A stretch of DNA of 63,232 bases from Candidatus Velthaea sp. GTDB lineage: Bacteria > Vulcanimicrobiota > Vulcanimicrobiia > Vulcanimicrobiales > Vulcanimicrobiaceae. The translations under genes were made by a program, and so were the position numbers. The stretch is taken from contig JBEKHC010000015.1 of assembly GCA_050012475.1 (NCBI GenBank), positions 1-63,232 on the forward strand. The letters are read 5' to 3'. Shown here one piece after another: positions 10,694 through 18,872 of this stretch (position 1 is its first letter; each line of letters begins with the position of its first letter). The notes under the pieces are model-generated. The model saw nothing but the letters and a program-made list of their open reading frames with translations. It ran no database searches and was not told where the DNA came from.

Positions 10694-11599
10694 TCAGGCG
10701 CTTTGTTTTGCCGGCACGCGCCGGCCGCCGAAGCGCGACGCTTGCAAAGCCGACACGACGGCTCGCGTGGCGGGCGATTTGTTGAGCGTATAAAAGTGGA
10801 TGCCCGGCGCGCCGCCGTCGAGCAACTCGACGCACTGCAAGGTTGCAAAGGCGACCCCGAGCTCGGTGACGGCTTCGGGTTCATTGCGCCGCAGTTCGAG
10901 TTCGGATCGCAGACCCGAAGGGATCGTCGCGCCGCACATCGCGGTGAAGCGGTCGATCTGTTCGTAGTTCGTGATCGGCATGATGCCGGGGATGACCGGG
11001 ACGGTAACGCCCCGCGCGCGAACGCGGGCAACGAAATCGAAGTAGTGCGCGTTGTCGAAAAAGAGCTGCGTCACGAGGAAACGTGCTCCCGCGCCAACCT
11101 TTCTTTCGATCGCGTCGAGATCGGCGTGGAAGCTGGGAGCCTCGGGATGTTTCTCGGGATAACACGCTGCGCCGATGCAGAAATCGAATTCGCGTTCCAG
11201 CAGTCCGACGAGTTCGTTGGCATGGCGAAAGCCGCCGGCGTGGGCTACGAAGCTATCGCTTCCGCGCGGCGGATCGCCGCGCAGCGCCAGGACGTTGGCG
11301 ATCTTCGCTGCTTCGAGGCTGCGGAACACCTCGCGCAGTTCATCGGCACTCGAGCCCACGCACGTGATGTGCGCCATCACGTCGATCCCGAGTTCCGTCT
11401 GGATGCGCTTCGCGACGTCGACGGTGCGCATGCGGGTCGAGCCGCCCGCGCCGTACGTCACCGAGACATAGGCCGGATCCAGTGACTTGAGCGCCGCCAC
11501 CGTGCGCATGAGCGACGCCACGCCTTCATCCGTTTTGGGCGGGAAGAACTCGAATGAGAAAAACGGCGCATGGGTCCGCAGGCGTTCAGTAATCCGCAT
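10694..11599 (-). CDS. metF: 5,10-methylenetetrahydrofolate reductase
   Basis: SFEFFPPK, SVTYGAGG, LALRGDPP, YPEKH, TQLFFD, GIHFYTLN motifs. Confidence 0.97.
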   Translation of the reverse strand: MRITERLRTHAPFFSFEFFPPKTDEGVASLMRTVAALKSLDPAYVSVTYGAGGSTRMRTVDVAKRIQTELGIDVMAHITCVGSSADELREVFRSLEAAKIANVLALRGDPPRGSDSFVAHAGGFRHANELVGLLEREFDFCIGAACYPEKHPEAPSFHADLDAIERKVGAGARFLVTQLFFDNAHYFDFVARVRARGVTVPVIPGIMPITNYEQIDRFTAMCGATIPSGLRSELELRRNEPEAVTELGVAFATLQCVELLDGGAPGIHFYTLNKSPATRAVVSALQASRFGGRRVPAKQSA

Positions 11600-11611
11600 C
11601 GGGCGCCACTT

Positions 11612-12271
11612 CTACCTGAAACTCGCGACGACCCCGTTACAGACCAGCGCCCAGCCGTCGACGAGCACGAACAGCAGGAGCTTCGCGGGCAGCGAAATGA
11701 CCGGCGGCGAGAGCATGAACATCCCCAAGCCCATGAGGATCGCAGCCACGGCGAGGTCGATCGCAACAAACGGTAAGTACAGCGCCACGCCGATTGCAAA
11801 CCCGTTGCGCAATTCGCCGACGACGAATGCCGGAACGAGCACGGTGAGCGGCGCGTTCCGCGCGGCTTCGTTGGCCGGGCGGCGGCTCGCACGGGCGAAG
11901 ATCGCGATGTCGTTCGTCTTCGTCTGACGCAGCATGAACGTGCGCAGCGGTTCGACGGCGCGCGCGAGAAACGCATGCTGCGACAGGCGTCCCGCGGCGT
12001 ACGGTTCGAGCGCATCGTGCGAGATGCGCTCGAACGTCGGCGTCATGATGACGAAGGTCAGAATCAGCGCGAGCCCCGTCAGCACCGTGTTGGGCGGCAG
12101 CGAGGCGGCCCCGATCGCCGAGCGGACCAGCGAAAGCACGACGATGATCCGGACGAACGACGTCGAGAGCACGATGACGAACGGCGCGATCGACAGCAGC
12201 GTCAGCCCGGCGAGCACGTCGAGCGGAAGCGACGAGCGTCCGTGGCTCGCCAGCGTGAGCAAAGCATCCAT
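11612..12271 (-). CDS. fliP: export apparatus protein FliP
   Basis: TSFVRIIVVLS.VR.AIG....PPN; GLGM.MLSPP.ISLP.KLLLFVLVDGW. Confidence 0.95.
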   Translation of the reverse strand: MDALLTLASHGRSSLPLDVLAGLTLLSIAPFVIVLSTSFVRIIVVLSLVRSAIGAASLPPNTVLTGLALILTFVIMTPTFERISHDALEPYAAGRLSQHAFLARAVEPLRTFMLRQTKTNDIAIFARASRRPANEAARNAPLTVLVPAFVVGELRNGFAIGVALYLPFVAIDLAVAAILMGLGMFMLSPPVISLPAKLLLFVLVDGWALVCNGVVASFR

Positions 12272-12389
12272 GCAGCCATTGTCCGCCGGGCCGATGGCCG
12301 AGATATGACCGGCTTGCTTCCAATGCTCCGCCCGTCCGGTTGTCGCAGTACATCGCGGCCAACGAGCGTCCGCCCCGAATTACCGCTGT

Positions 12390-12579
12390 CCCACTTCAGG
12401 GTCCAGACGCCTTTGCCGACCCCATCCCCGCCTCGCACTCGTATCCGACGGCCGGCGCTTCGGATTCGACTCTGGCAGAGGTCGGACGCCGGAGGCAGCC
12501 CCAGCTTCTACTGCCGGCCTTTCACGCCACCGGGTTCGCCGACGTCGTGCAGCCGCCGCGGAACCCTCAGCTGAATGGG
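12390..12579. ncRNA. candidate structured RNA in the fliN-fliP intergenic gap (unclassified)
   Basis: Terminal complementarity CCCACTTCAG (12390-12399) / CTGAATGGG (12571-12579) plus GGGTCC/GGAACCC; nested GCCTTTG-CCGACC / GGTCGG..CGGAGGC and TCCGA/TCGGA stems; no convincing ORF. Confidence 0.35.
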
Positions 12580-12597
12580 CGCAATATCTGCGGCGGT

Positions 12598-12855
12598 TTA
12601 CGGGCGTTCGATGAGTTCGGTGATGCGGACGCCGAAATTGTCGTCGATGGCGATGACCTCGCCGCGCGCGACGAGCTTGTCGTTGACCAGCAGATCAACT
12701 GGCCCGCCAGCGAGCCGGTCGAGTTCGACGATCGAGCCGGTTCCGAGCTTGAGAATATCCTCGACGAGCATTTTGCAGGTGCCCAGTTCCGCGGTGATCC
12801 TGAGCGGCACGGTCATGAGCAGGTCGAGATTTCTGCCGTTCTCCAGACTTGACAT
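12598..12855 (-). CDS. fliN: FliN/SpoA-domain C-ring protein
   Basis: NLDLLM.VPL.IT.ELG...GSIVELDRLAG.PVDLLVN.KLVARGEVI.IDDNFGVRITE. Confidence 0.95.
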   Translation of the reverse strand: MSSLENGRNLDLLMTVPLRITAELGTCKMLVEDILKLGTGSIVELDRLAGGPVDLLVNDKLVARGEVIAIDDNFGVRITELIERP

Positions 12856-13658
12856 TACGAACCCGCCTCCCTCGATTGCTGAACGAACCGTATCTCACAA
12901 CAGTATCGGCCGCCGGCGACACCGGCCGTACCGCGCGCGAAAAGCCGGCCGCCGATGTTCAAGTTCGTCGCCCCGTCGACCTGGGATTCGAGCCGAACGA
13001 CGTCGCCCGGAGCCAGCTGCAAAAGGGTGGCGACATCGATGATCCCGCTGGCGAACTCGGCTCGAAGCTCAACGGGAACGCGCGCCAGCCCGGCGGCCGG
13101 GAACGCGCCGGTCGGACCCGGATCGGGAAGCTCGCGCACGATCCCGATCCCGATCTCGAGCGGGACCGGCACGTGCACACGGACGTCGAAATAGGCCACG
13201 CACGCCGGGACGGAACCGGCATCGACCCGCTGCGACGCACTGCGGCGCTCGGCGCACAACGGGTCGAACGCAGCCGCGCAGCGCGCCGCGATGCGTTCGA
13301 CCGCCTCTAGTTCGAGCGCGCTCAACGTCGCTGCGACTTGCGGCTCGCCTTCGCCGAAAGCGCACAGCACCAGCGCACGCGCGTAGCGGTTTGGAACCAC
13401 CAGCACGATGTCGGTTTGCCGCCCGCAGGTGAGAAAGCAGTGCGCTTCGCGCGAGAGCGTGTCCCAAGCGTCGGGGCCGATCGCCGCCGGTTCGCCGATC
13501 GAGAGTTCGCACCGCTCGCCCAAGAGTTCGCGCAGCGTTTCGCGCAGCCCGTTGGCGACCAAACACGCCGCACCCAACGGAATGCTCGAGCGCCGCACGA
13601 ACCGCGCCCGCCGCACGCCGTGTGCATCGGCGCGCCCGAAGGCAAGTTCCGCGATCAC
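12855..13658 (-). CDS. fliM: divergent FliM-like C-ring protein with C-terminal SpoA domain, lacking the N-terminal CheY-binding peptide
   Basis: C-terminal VPVELRAE...LLQL.PGDVVRL SpoA domain; position before fliN; GTG start overlaps the upstream stop. Confidence 0.7.
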   Translation of the reverse strand: MIAELAFGRADAHGVRRARFVRRSSIPLGAACLVANGLRETLRELLGERCELSIGEPAAIGPDAWDTLSREAHCFLTCGRQTDIVLVVPNRYARALVLCAFGEGEPQVAATLSALELEAVERIAARCAAAFDPLCAERRSASQRVDAGSVPACVAYFDVRVHVPVPLEIGIGIVRELPDPGPTGAFPAAGLARVPVELRAEFASGIIDVATLLQLAPGDVVRLESQVDGATNLNIGGRLFARGTAGVAGGRYCCEIRFVQQSREAGS

Positions 13659-14380
13659 TTGAGCAAGTCCATCGCCGTTTGATCGGTGCCGCCGCGGGCT
13701 TTGTTCGCTGCTGCGAGGGCCGAGAACGCGCGATACGCTTCGGAAAGCTTGACCAGGCTCGCATCGACGTCGACCGCGCCGGTATCGCGCGCGTAGGTCG
13801 CGAGCCCCGCGAATGTTCCGTCGGCGGGGGTTCCCAGATGCGCGGGGATCCCTTGCGGGGCGGCCACGCGGCGCTCGTCGAGCCGAACCGGCTGGGTTCC
13901 CGCCGGAAACCGCGCCAGCGCGATGCGCCCCGCGGTGACCCGTTCGACGCTGCGTTCCGTGGTGCGCGGATCGATCGTCGAACGCGTATACGAGAGCGTG
14001 CCGTCGCTTTCGACGCGAACGTTGGTGCAGCGGCCCAGGGCCACGTCGTTCGCCGGCAACGTCAGCGGGACGGGCAGTGAACCGCGCGCGTCGCCGCCGG
14101 GATAGCCCAGGATCGCGGCACCGTCGGCCGCGCGCAGCGCGCCGCGCTCGACGGTGAGGCCGCCGTCGCGCGTAAACGATCGCGCACCCCCGGCGTCCTC
14201 GGTGACGAAGTACGCGTTGGGCGGCGCCGCGACGCTGAGCGGATCGGATGCATGTTCGGGCGACCGGACGGCATTGACGTCGTTGTTCGTCGCAAACCCG
14301 CCGGCGGTGTACGCGCGGGCAACGTCTTGCGCGCGCGCTGCGATCCGGCTCAGCGCTTCGGCGGTCGCCGCGGCGATCAT
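13655..14380 (-). CDS. degenerate rod/hook (FlgF/FlgG/FlgE-like) protein
   Basis: PLSVA.P.NAYFV....G...FTRDG.L.V..G.L...DG..ILG core and C-terminal VDV...LV.L..A.RAF helix; no ANNLAN N-terminal motif. Confidence 0.75.
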   Translation of the reverse strand: MIAAATAEALSRIAARAQDVARAYTAGGFATNNDVNAVRSPEHASDPLSVAAPPNAYFVTEDAGGARSFTRDGGLTVERGALRAADGAAILGYPGGDARGSLPVPLTLPANDVALGRCTNVRVESDGTLSYTRSTIDPRTTERSVERVTAGRIALARFPAGTQPVRLDERRVAAPQGIPAHLGTPADGTFAGLATYARDTGAVDVDASLVKLSEAYRAFSALAAANKARGGTDQTAMDLLK

Positions 14381-14916
14381 CCCGCCACCTCCAACCGCGT
14401 TCCGCCGGCAGCGAGCACGAAGCGGGCGTGCGCGAGCGCGCGATCGACGCGTTCGCGCAACTGCGGCGAACACAACGCGACGATGCGCGTCGCCGTGCGA
14501 TCCGTTCGCACCAACAGCTGCACGCGTCCATCGCCGGCGTCGATCGCGATCGTCGCGCTGCGCTGCGTGGCGCGCGCGACGTGCCGTACGATCGCGCGTT
14601 CGATTCGGCGCGCCAAGTCGCTGCCAGCCGAACGCCGTTCCAGGAGCTCCGGCGCTTGCCCCCGCGCCGTGGTCGGCACCCCGCCGGCGGAGGCCCGGTA
14701 GGCCGTCGCGGCCGGCGCCGTGCCGGCAGGCGCCGTCGTTTTCGGCGCGCCGCTGCGCGGCGGCGCAACGCACGTCGCGGCGTGCGGCGGCGCAGCACCG
14801 CCCCCGCACGGTTGCGCTAAATGTAAAGCCGAGAACCAGGCCACTGAGAGCGCCCGGCGATCCATGTCCGGCAGCCGGGTCGCGACGACCGCGACCGACC
14901 GTGTTGCAGTTGTCAT
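14377..14916 (-). CDS. short FliK-like (ruler/substrate-switch) protein
   Basis: Ala/Pro-rich linker then ATIAID.G.GRVQLLV...RIVALCS..LRERVDRAL..AR..L..GG, resembling the FliK C-terminal domain; occupies the fliK position. Confidence 0.5.
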   Translation of the reverse strand: MTTATRSVAVVATRLPDMDRRALSVAWFSALHLAQPCGGGAAPPHAATCVAPPRSGAPKTTAPAGTAPAATAYRASAGGVPTTARGQAPELLERRSAGSDLARRIERAIVRHVARATQRSATIAIDAGDGRVQLLVRTDRTATRIVALCSPQLRERVDRALAHARFVLAAGGTRLEVAG

Positions 14917-14947
14917 GGCCCGAGCATAGCGCCGGGCAGTCACGAAT

Positions 14948-16501
14948 TTACGACGGTGTTGTTGCCGTGCGAAGACGCCCGTCGTCGAAGCTCGTGCTCT
15001 TTTCGAGATACAACGCCCCATCGGCAAGATCGAACGTAACGATGAAATTGCGCAGGATGCCCAAGCCGACGTTCCCGGCATCGATGCGATCGGCGAAGGC
15101 GCCCTTCTCGGCGGTCACGACGTCGGTGACTTGATGGTACAGCGGCACGTCGCCCAGCAAGAGTTCGTCCAGCGATGAACGATACGTCGGCGCGGCTCCG
15201 CCGATACCGTAATTGGAGACGTTCGAACGGCTGAACGGGACGATGCCGGGATGGGCGGCGATGAACGGCCGATACAGGAGCAATTCGCCGCTGTTCCCGG
15301 TGTCGACGATGAACGGCGCGTCGATCGCGCCGTCCAAACGAAATACCGCTTCGACCAAACCGCGGTCGCCGTCGAGCGCCACCCGGACGCCGCGCGGCAC
15401 GAACGAACCGGGAACGCCGAAGCGCATCGCATGCCGCGCGAAGTCGATCTCGACGAGCGCCGAAGCGAAAAACGGCATGCCCAAGATGCCGTCGAGCTGC
15501 GAGCTCCCGCCCAGCGAACCGCGCAAGTCGATCGAACTGGCGACCAGATCGTCGAGATGGGCGCTGCCGATGTCGATGCGCGGGAGCCGGAGCACGTGTA
15601 AACCGCCCGTTCGGCTGGCGCCGCGAACCTCGAACGCACCGAGTTCGGCGAGCCCGGCTTCGCGCGCCACGCGTGAATCCAAGAGCACGCTCTGCGCGCC
15701 GGTATCGAGCAAGAACTCATAGGTTTTCGCGCCGATCGCGACCGCGCATGCGAGGTGCGCGTTGCGTTCGACGAGCGGAACGGTCTGCACCGTATCGGCA
15801 TGAATCGTCCGGCCGTGCAGCGGCGCAAAGACGTCGGCGGAGACCGGCTTATCGACGTCGAGCGCGGTCGTTTGCTGTTCCACGTCGAATTGCCGCTCGC
15901 CGTCGGAAGTGACCATTTTGAACGGGAAGCGGTGCCCGCCGACCTCGTGCCAATCGGAGAAATCGATCGTGGTCGGGCCGTCACCGTCGAGATATTCGAC
16001 GCGCAGCGGCAAACCGGTCTGGGTATCGATCCACAGCGTTTCGGGTTCGCCGCCTTCGGCCCGCACTTCCAGCCGCCACGCGCGCACGCCGGCCAGCGAG
16101 CCATAGCCCAAAAACGTCGACCGTTCCGGCGCGGCGACGAAATCGCCGCTGTCGACGAAATCCGCGGTCAGCGCGCGCCGGCGCAGGAAGCCGGTGAGTT
16201 CGCGCACGTTGCCGTCCGCGGTGCGCAAATACAGGCGCTTGTCCAGGCGCAGCGTCGTTTCCGAGCGCGGGCCCAAGCGTTCATCCTCGCGTTCGTTCGC
16301 GCCCGCGCGCCATGAATGAAACTCGCCGCTCAACCCGGCGCCCGTTACCGTGCCCGACGACTCGAACGACTTCAGCCCGGCATCGCCCATCGCGCGCGCG
16401 TAGCTCGCCAGAATCTCCGTTACCGGCGGCGGCACAGCGGCCGGGTGCGCCGCGGCGGGCAGCGCCGCGGCGAACGTCAGCGCAGCAGCAAACGCCCGCA
16501 G
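14948..16501 (-). CDS. secreted protein with two retropepsin-like aspartyl protease domains (start uncertain, possibly CTG)
   Basis: Signal-peptide-like RAFAAALTFAAALPAAA; LLDTGA and IVDTGN catalytic motifs; DGILG and GNVGL..L..F motifs. Confidence 0.85.
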   Translation of the reverse strand: MRAFAAALTFAAALPAAAHPAAVPPPVTEILASYARAMGDAGLKSFESSGTVTGAGLSGEFHSWRAGANEREDERLGPRSETTLRLDKRLYLRTADGNVRELTGFLRRRALTADFVDSGDFVAAPERSTFLGYGSLAGVRAWRLEVRAEGGEPETLWIDTQTGLPLRVEYLDGDGPTTIDFSDWHEVGGHRFPFKMVTSDGERQFDVEQQTTALDVDKPVSADVFAPLHGRTIHADTVQTVPLVERNAHLACAVAIGAKTYEFLLDTGAQSVLLDSRVAREAGLAELGAFEVRGASRTGGLHVLRLPRIDIGSAHLDDLVASSIDLRGSLGGSSQLDGILGMPFFASALVEIDFARHAMRFGVPGSFVPRGVRVALDGDRGLVEAVFRLDGAIDAPFIVDTGNSGELLLYRPFIAAHPGIVPFSRSNVSNYGIGGAAPTYRSSLDELLLGDVPLYHQVTDVVTAEKGAFADRIDAGNVGLGILRNFIVTFDLADGALYLEKSTSFDDGRLRTATTPS

Positions 16502-16505
16502 CGCT

Positions 16506-17090
16506 TTACTGAACGTTGCGGTATTTGGCGTACGAGCCCAGGACGTTTTGGACGTAGTTTTGCGTCTCAGCATAAGGCGGGACGTCGCCGTACTTCTCCA
16601 CGGCCCCGGGTCCCGCATTGTACGCCGCGACTGCCAAGCGAACGTCGCCGTTGAAGCGGTCGAGCAAGCCCTTGAGATAGCGCGTTCCGCCGGCCACGTT
16701 CTGCGCCGGGTCGTATGAATTGCGCACGCCGACCGCCTGTGCCGTCGACGGCATGAGCTGCATGAGCCCGGCTGCCCCGACTTTTGAGGTCGCGTTGGCG
16801 TCGAACCCCGATTCGTTGGCAATGATCGCTTTGACCAGTGACGGATCGACCTGCCAGGTCGTCGAGTTCTGGTTCACCAGCGCGTCGATCTGCTCGGGCG
16901 GAACGGGCGCGGGTGCGAGGGATGCGGCTTGCGCGGGCGCGGCGGGCAGCGCTCCTTGCGCTGCGGTTCCCAGCGCCGAGGCCAGGGCGTTCTGAAACGC
17001 AGGGCTCCGGCCGGTGTCGTCGCTCGCGGGCACTCCGGTGATCTCGGCAATCCGGCTTTGGACCGCCGAAATATCAGCGAGAATATCCAT
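16506..17090 (-). CDS. lytic transglycosylase (SLT domain), flagellum-associated type
   Basis: AII..ESGFD..A.S..GA.GLMQLMP.TA, AAYNAGPG, PPY.ETQNYV; no Sec signal; overlaps the fliI end. Confidence 0.95.
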   Translation of the reverse strand: MDILADISAVQSRIAEITGVPASDDTGRSPAFQNALASALGTAAQGALPAAPAQAASLAPAPVPPEQIDALVNQNSTTWQVDPSLVKAIIANESGFDANATSKVGAAGLMQLMPSTAQAVGVRNSYDPAQNVAGGTRYLKGLLDRFNGDVRLAVAAYNAGPGAVEKYGDVPPYAETQNYVQNVLGSYAKYRNVQ

Positions 17091-18333
17091 CGCTTAGCGT
17101 ATCGGCCAACATACCCAGGTCCCTGAGCGTCGCGTCCGGATCGGCCGGGGAGCGTTGGCGAAGAAAGCCGGCGATCGCCGCTTCGGCGGCGACGGCCCGG
17201 CGTACGGCAGGATCGCCGGCCCCGGGATCGAGCCCGAAGCCGCGGGCTTCGCGCGTTTCGTCGAGCACCGCGACCGCGTGCCGAAGCACATGTGCCGCCG
17301 CGAGATGCTCGGGCGAGACGACATCGGCGATCGTCCGGCTGGTCGAGGCCGGAATATCGATGGCCGGAAACCAGCCCTGCCGCGCGAGACGGTCGTTGAG
17401 TGCGATGTGGCCGTCCAGCACCGAACGGCAAGCATCGCTGACCGGATCGCGCTCGTCGGCCCCGTCGGTGAGGACGGTGGCAACGAGCGTGATCGAACCG
17501 CGGCCGAACTGTCCCGCACGCTCCAGCAGCTGCGTGAGCAAACTAAAAACGCTGGGCGGATATCCGCCGCGGCCGACCGGCTCGCCCGCAGCAACGCCGA
17601 CGTCGCGGGCCGCAGCGGCGACGCGCGCCAAGCTGTCGAGCACCAGCAAGACGTCCAAACCGCGCCGGCGCAGCGCCTCAGCTTGCGCGAACGCAACTTC
17701 GGCCGCGCGCAGCCGCTCGGCCGCGCTGCGATCGCTCGTCGCACAGACGATCGTCGTTCGCGCGTCGAGCCGCGCGAGCCAGCGTTCCGCTTCGCGGCCC
17801 CGTTCGCCCACCAGACCGATCACGGTCACGTCGGCCGACGACCCGTCGACGATGGTCTCGAGCAGCGTCGACTTGCCGCAGCCCGGACTGCCGAAAATGC
17901 CGATCCGCGCGCCGACGCCGAAGGCCAACGGTCCGTCGACGGCGCGAACGCCGGTCCGGAAACGGCGCCGAATCGGCCCGCGATCCCCCGGCGCCGCAGC
18001 ACTCGCCGCGCCTCCGCGCCGCCCGCGCGGCGCCGGGCGACCGTCGAGCGGAGCACCCAAGGCATCCAGACCGCGGCCGAGACACGCCGTGCCCAGGCAC
18101 AAATCGAGCACCGCCGGGTCCGCCTCGACCCGGTCGCCGACGGCGAGGCCGTCGACCCCGGCAAACGGCGCCAAGCTGACCCGCGCGCCGTCGAGGGCGC
18201 TGACCCGGGCCGGCACGATCCGGCCGCCGCGGGTCGCGATGCGGGCACCGGCCCCGATGCACAACGCCGGCATGCGCGCATCGACGAGCCCGCCCCGAAT
18301 CGCCACGATCGTTCCAACCGGCGTCCCGATCAC
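17074..18333 (-). CDS. fliI: export ATPase FliI (SctN family)
   Basis: Walker A GSPGCGKSTL, GERGRE, LLVLDSL.R, GYPPSVF, LDGHI.L; GTGA overlap with the fliH stop. Confidence 0.95.
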   Translation of the reverse strand: MIGTPVGTIVAIRGGLVDARMPALCIGAGARIATRGGRIVPARVSALDGARVSLAPFAGVDGLAVGDRVEADPAVLDLCLGTACLGRGLDALGAPLDGRPAPRGRRGGAASAAAPGDRGPIRRRFRTGVRAVDGPLAFGVGARIGIFGSPGCGKSTLLETIVDGSSADVTVIGLVGERGREAERWLARLDARTTIVCATSDRSAAERLRAAEVAFAQAEALRRRGLDVLLVLDSLARVAAAARDVGVAAGEPVGRGGYPPSVFSLLTQLLERAGQFGRGSITLVATVLTDGADERDPVSDACRSVLDGHIALNDRLARQGWFPAIDIPASTSRTIADVVSPEHLAAAHVLRHAVAVLDETREARGFGLDPGAGDPAVRRAVAAEAAIAGFLRQRSPADPDATLRDLGMLADTLSDGYSR

Positions 18334-18872
18334 GACGCGCTCTCCAGCACCTGCGCCAACCGAACCGCCAGACGCGCATCGATATCGCCGTTGCGGCAAA
18401 CCAGCACGGCGTCGCCGGGCTGCAGTTCGGGATCGCTGACGACGGGCAAATCGCAGGCAACGAGCGCGTCGGCCGGGCAGACGCGCAGCGACAGCGGCTC
18501 ATCCGCTCGGCGTTCGGCAATGATCTGCCGGGCAAGCGGCTCGATATCGGGCGGCGCGAGACGAAGTTCCCGGCCCAACACGGCGGCGGCGAAATCACGC
18601 ACGAGTTCGACCGTCAACGCCGCAAACGCATCGGCGAGTGCGGCACGAAACAGGCGCGCTTCGCGGATCGCCGCGCCGGACTCGCTGGGCCCGGCCGGCG
18701 CGCGCGCGGCCGGCGGCGCGATCGCCGGGGCCGGCGAGGACGTCTCCCGCACCGCCGGCTGCGGAGCATCGCGTTCGGGCAGCTGCGCTCGAACCGGGAG
18801 CGTTTCCGACGCGGGTGGCCGCGAGCGGATGATCTCGGCCAGCGAGACGAACCGCGCGTCACCCGCGGGCAC
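18330..18872 (-). CDS. fliH: shortened FliH/SctL-like ATPase regulator
   Basis: GAGGAG RBS and GTG start; C-terminal LRVCP.D....VVSDPEL.PGD.VL...NG.IDARL..RL FliH pattern. Confidence 0.75.
   Translation of the reverse strand: MPAGDARFVSLAEIIRSRPPASETLPVRAQLPERDAPQPAVRETSSPAPAIAPPAARAPAGPSESGAAIREARLFRAALADAFAALTVELVRDFAAAVLGRELRLAPPDIEPLARQIIAERRADEPLSLRVCPADALVACDLPVVSDPELQPGDAVLVCRNGDIDARLAVRLAQVLESAS

Noticed and set aside
12455..12475. GGATTCGAC tmRNA-like word
   Set aside because: No GGGG 5' acceptor stem, tag ORF or T-arm/CCA end.
12490..12545. c-di-GMP-I or cobalamin riboswitch-like words (GGCGAACCCGG...GAAA...GGGCTGCC on the - strand)
   Set aside because: It lacks the GACGCAAAGC core and P3 length of c-di-GMP-I and the B12 box; kept only as an unclassified structured element.
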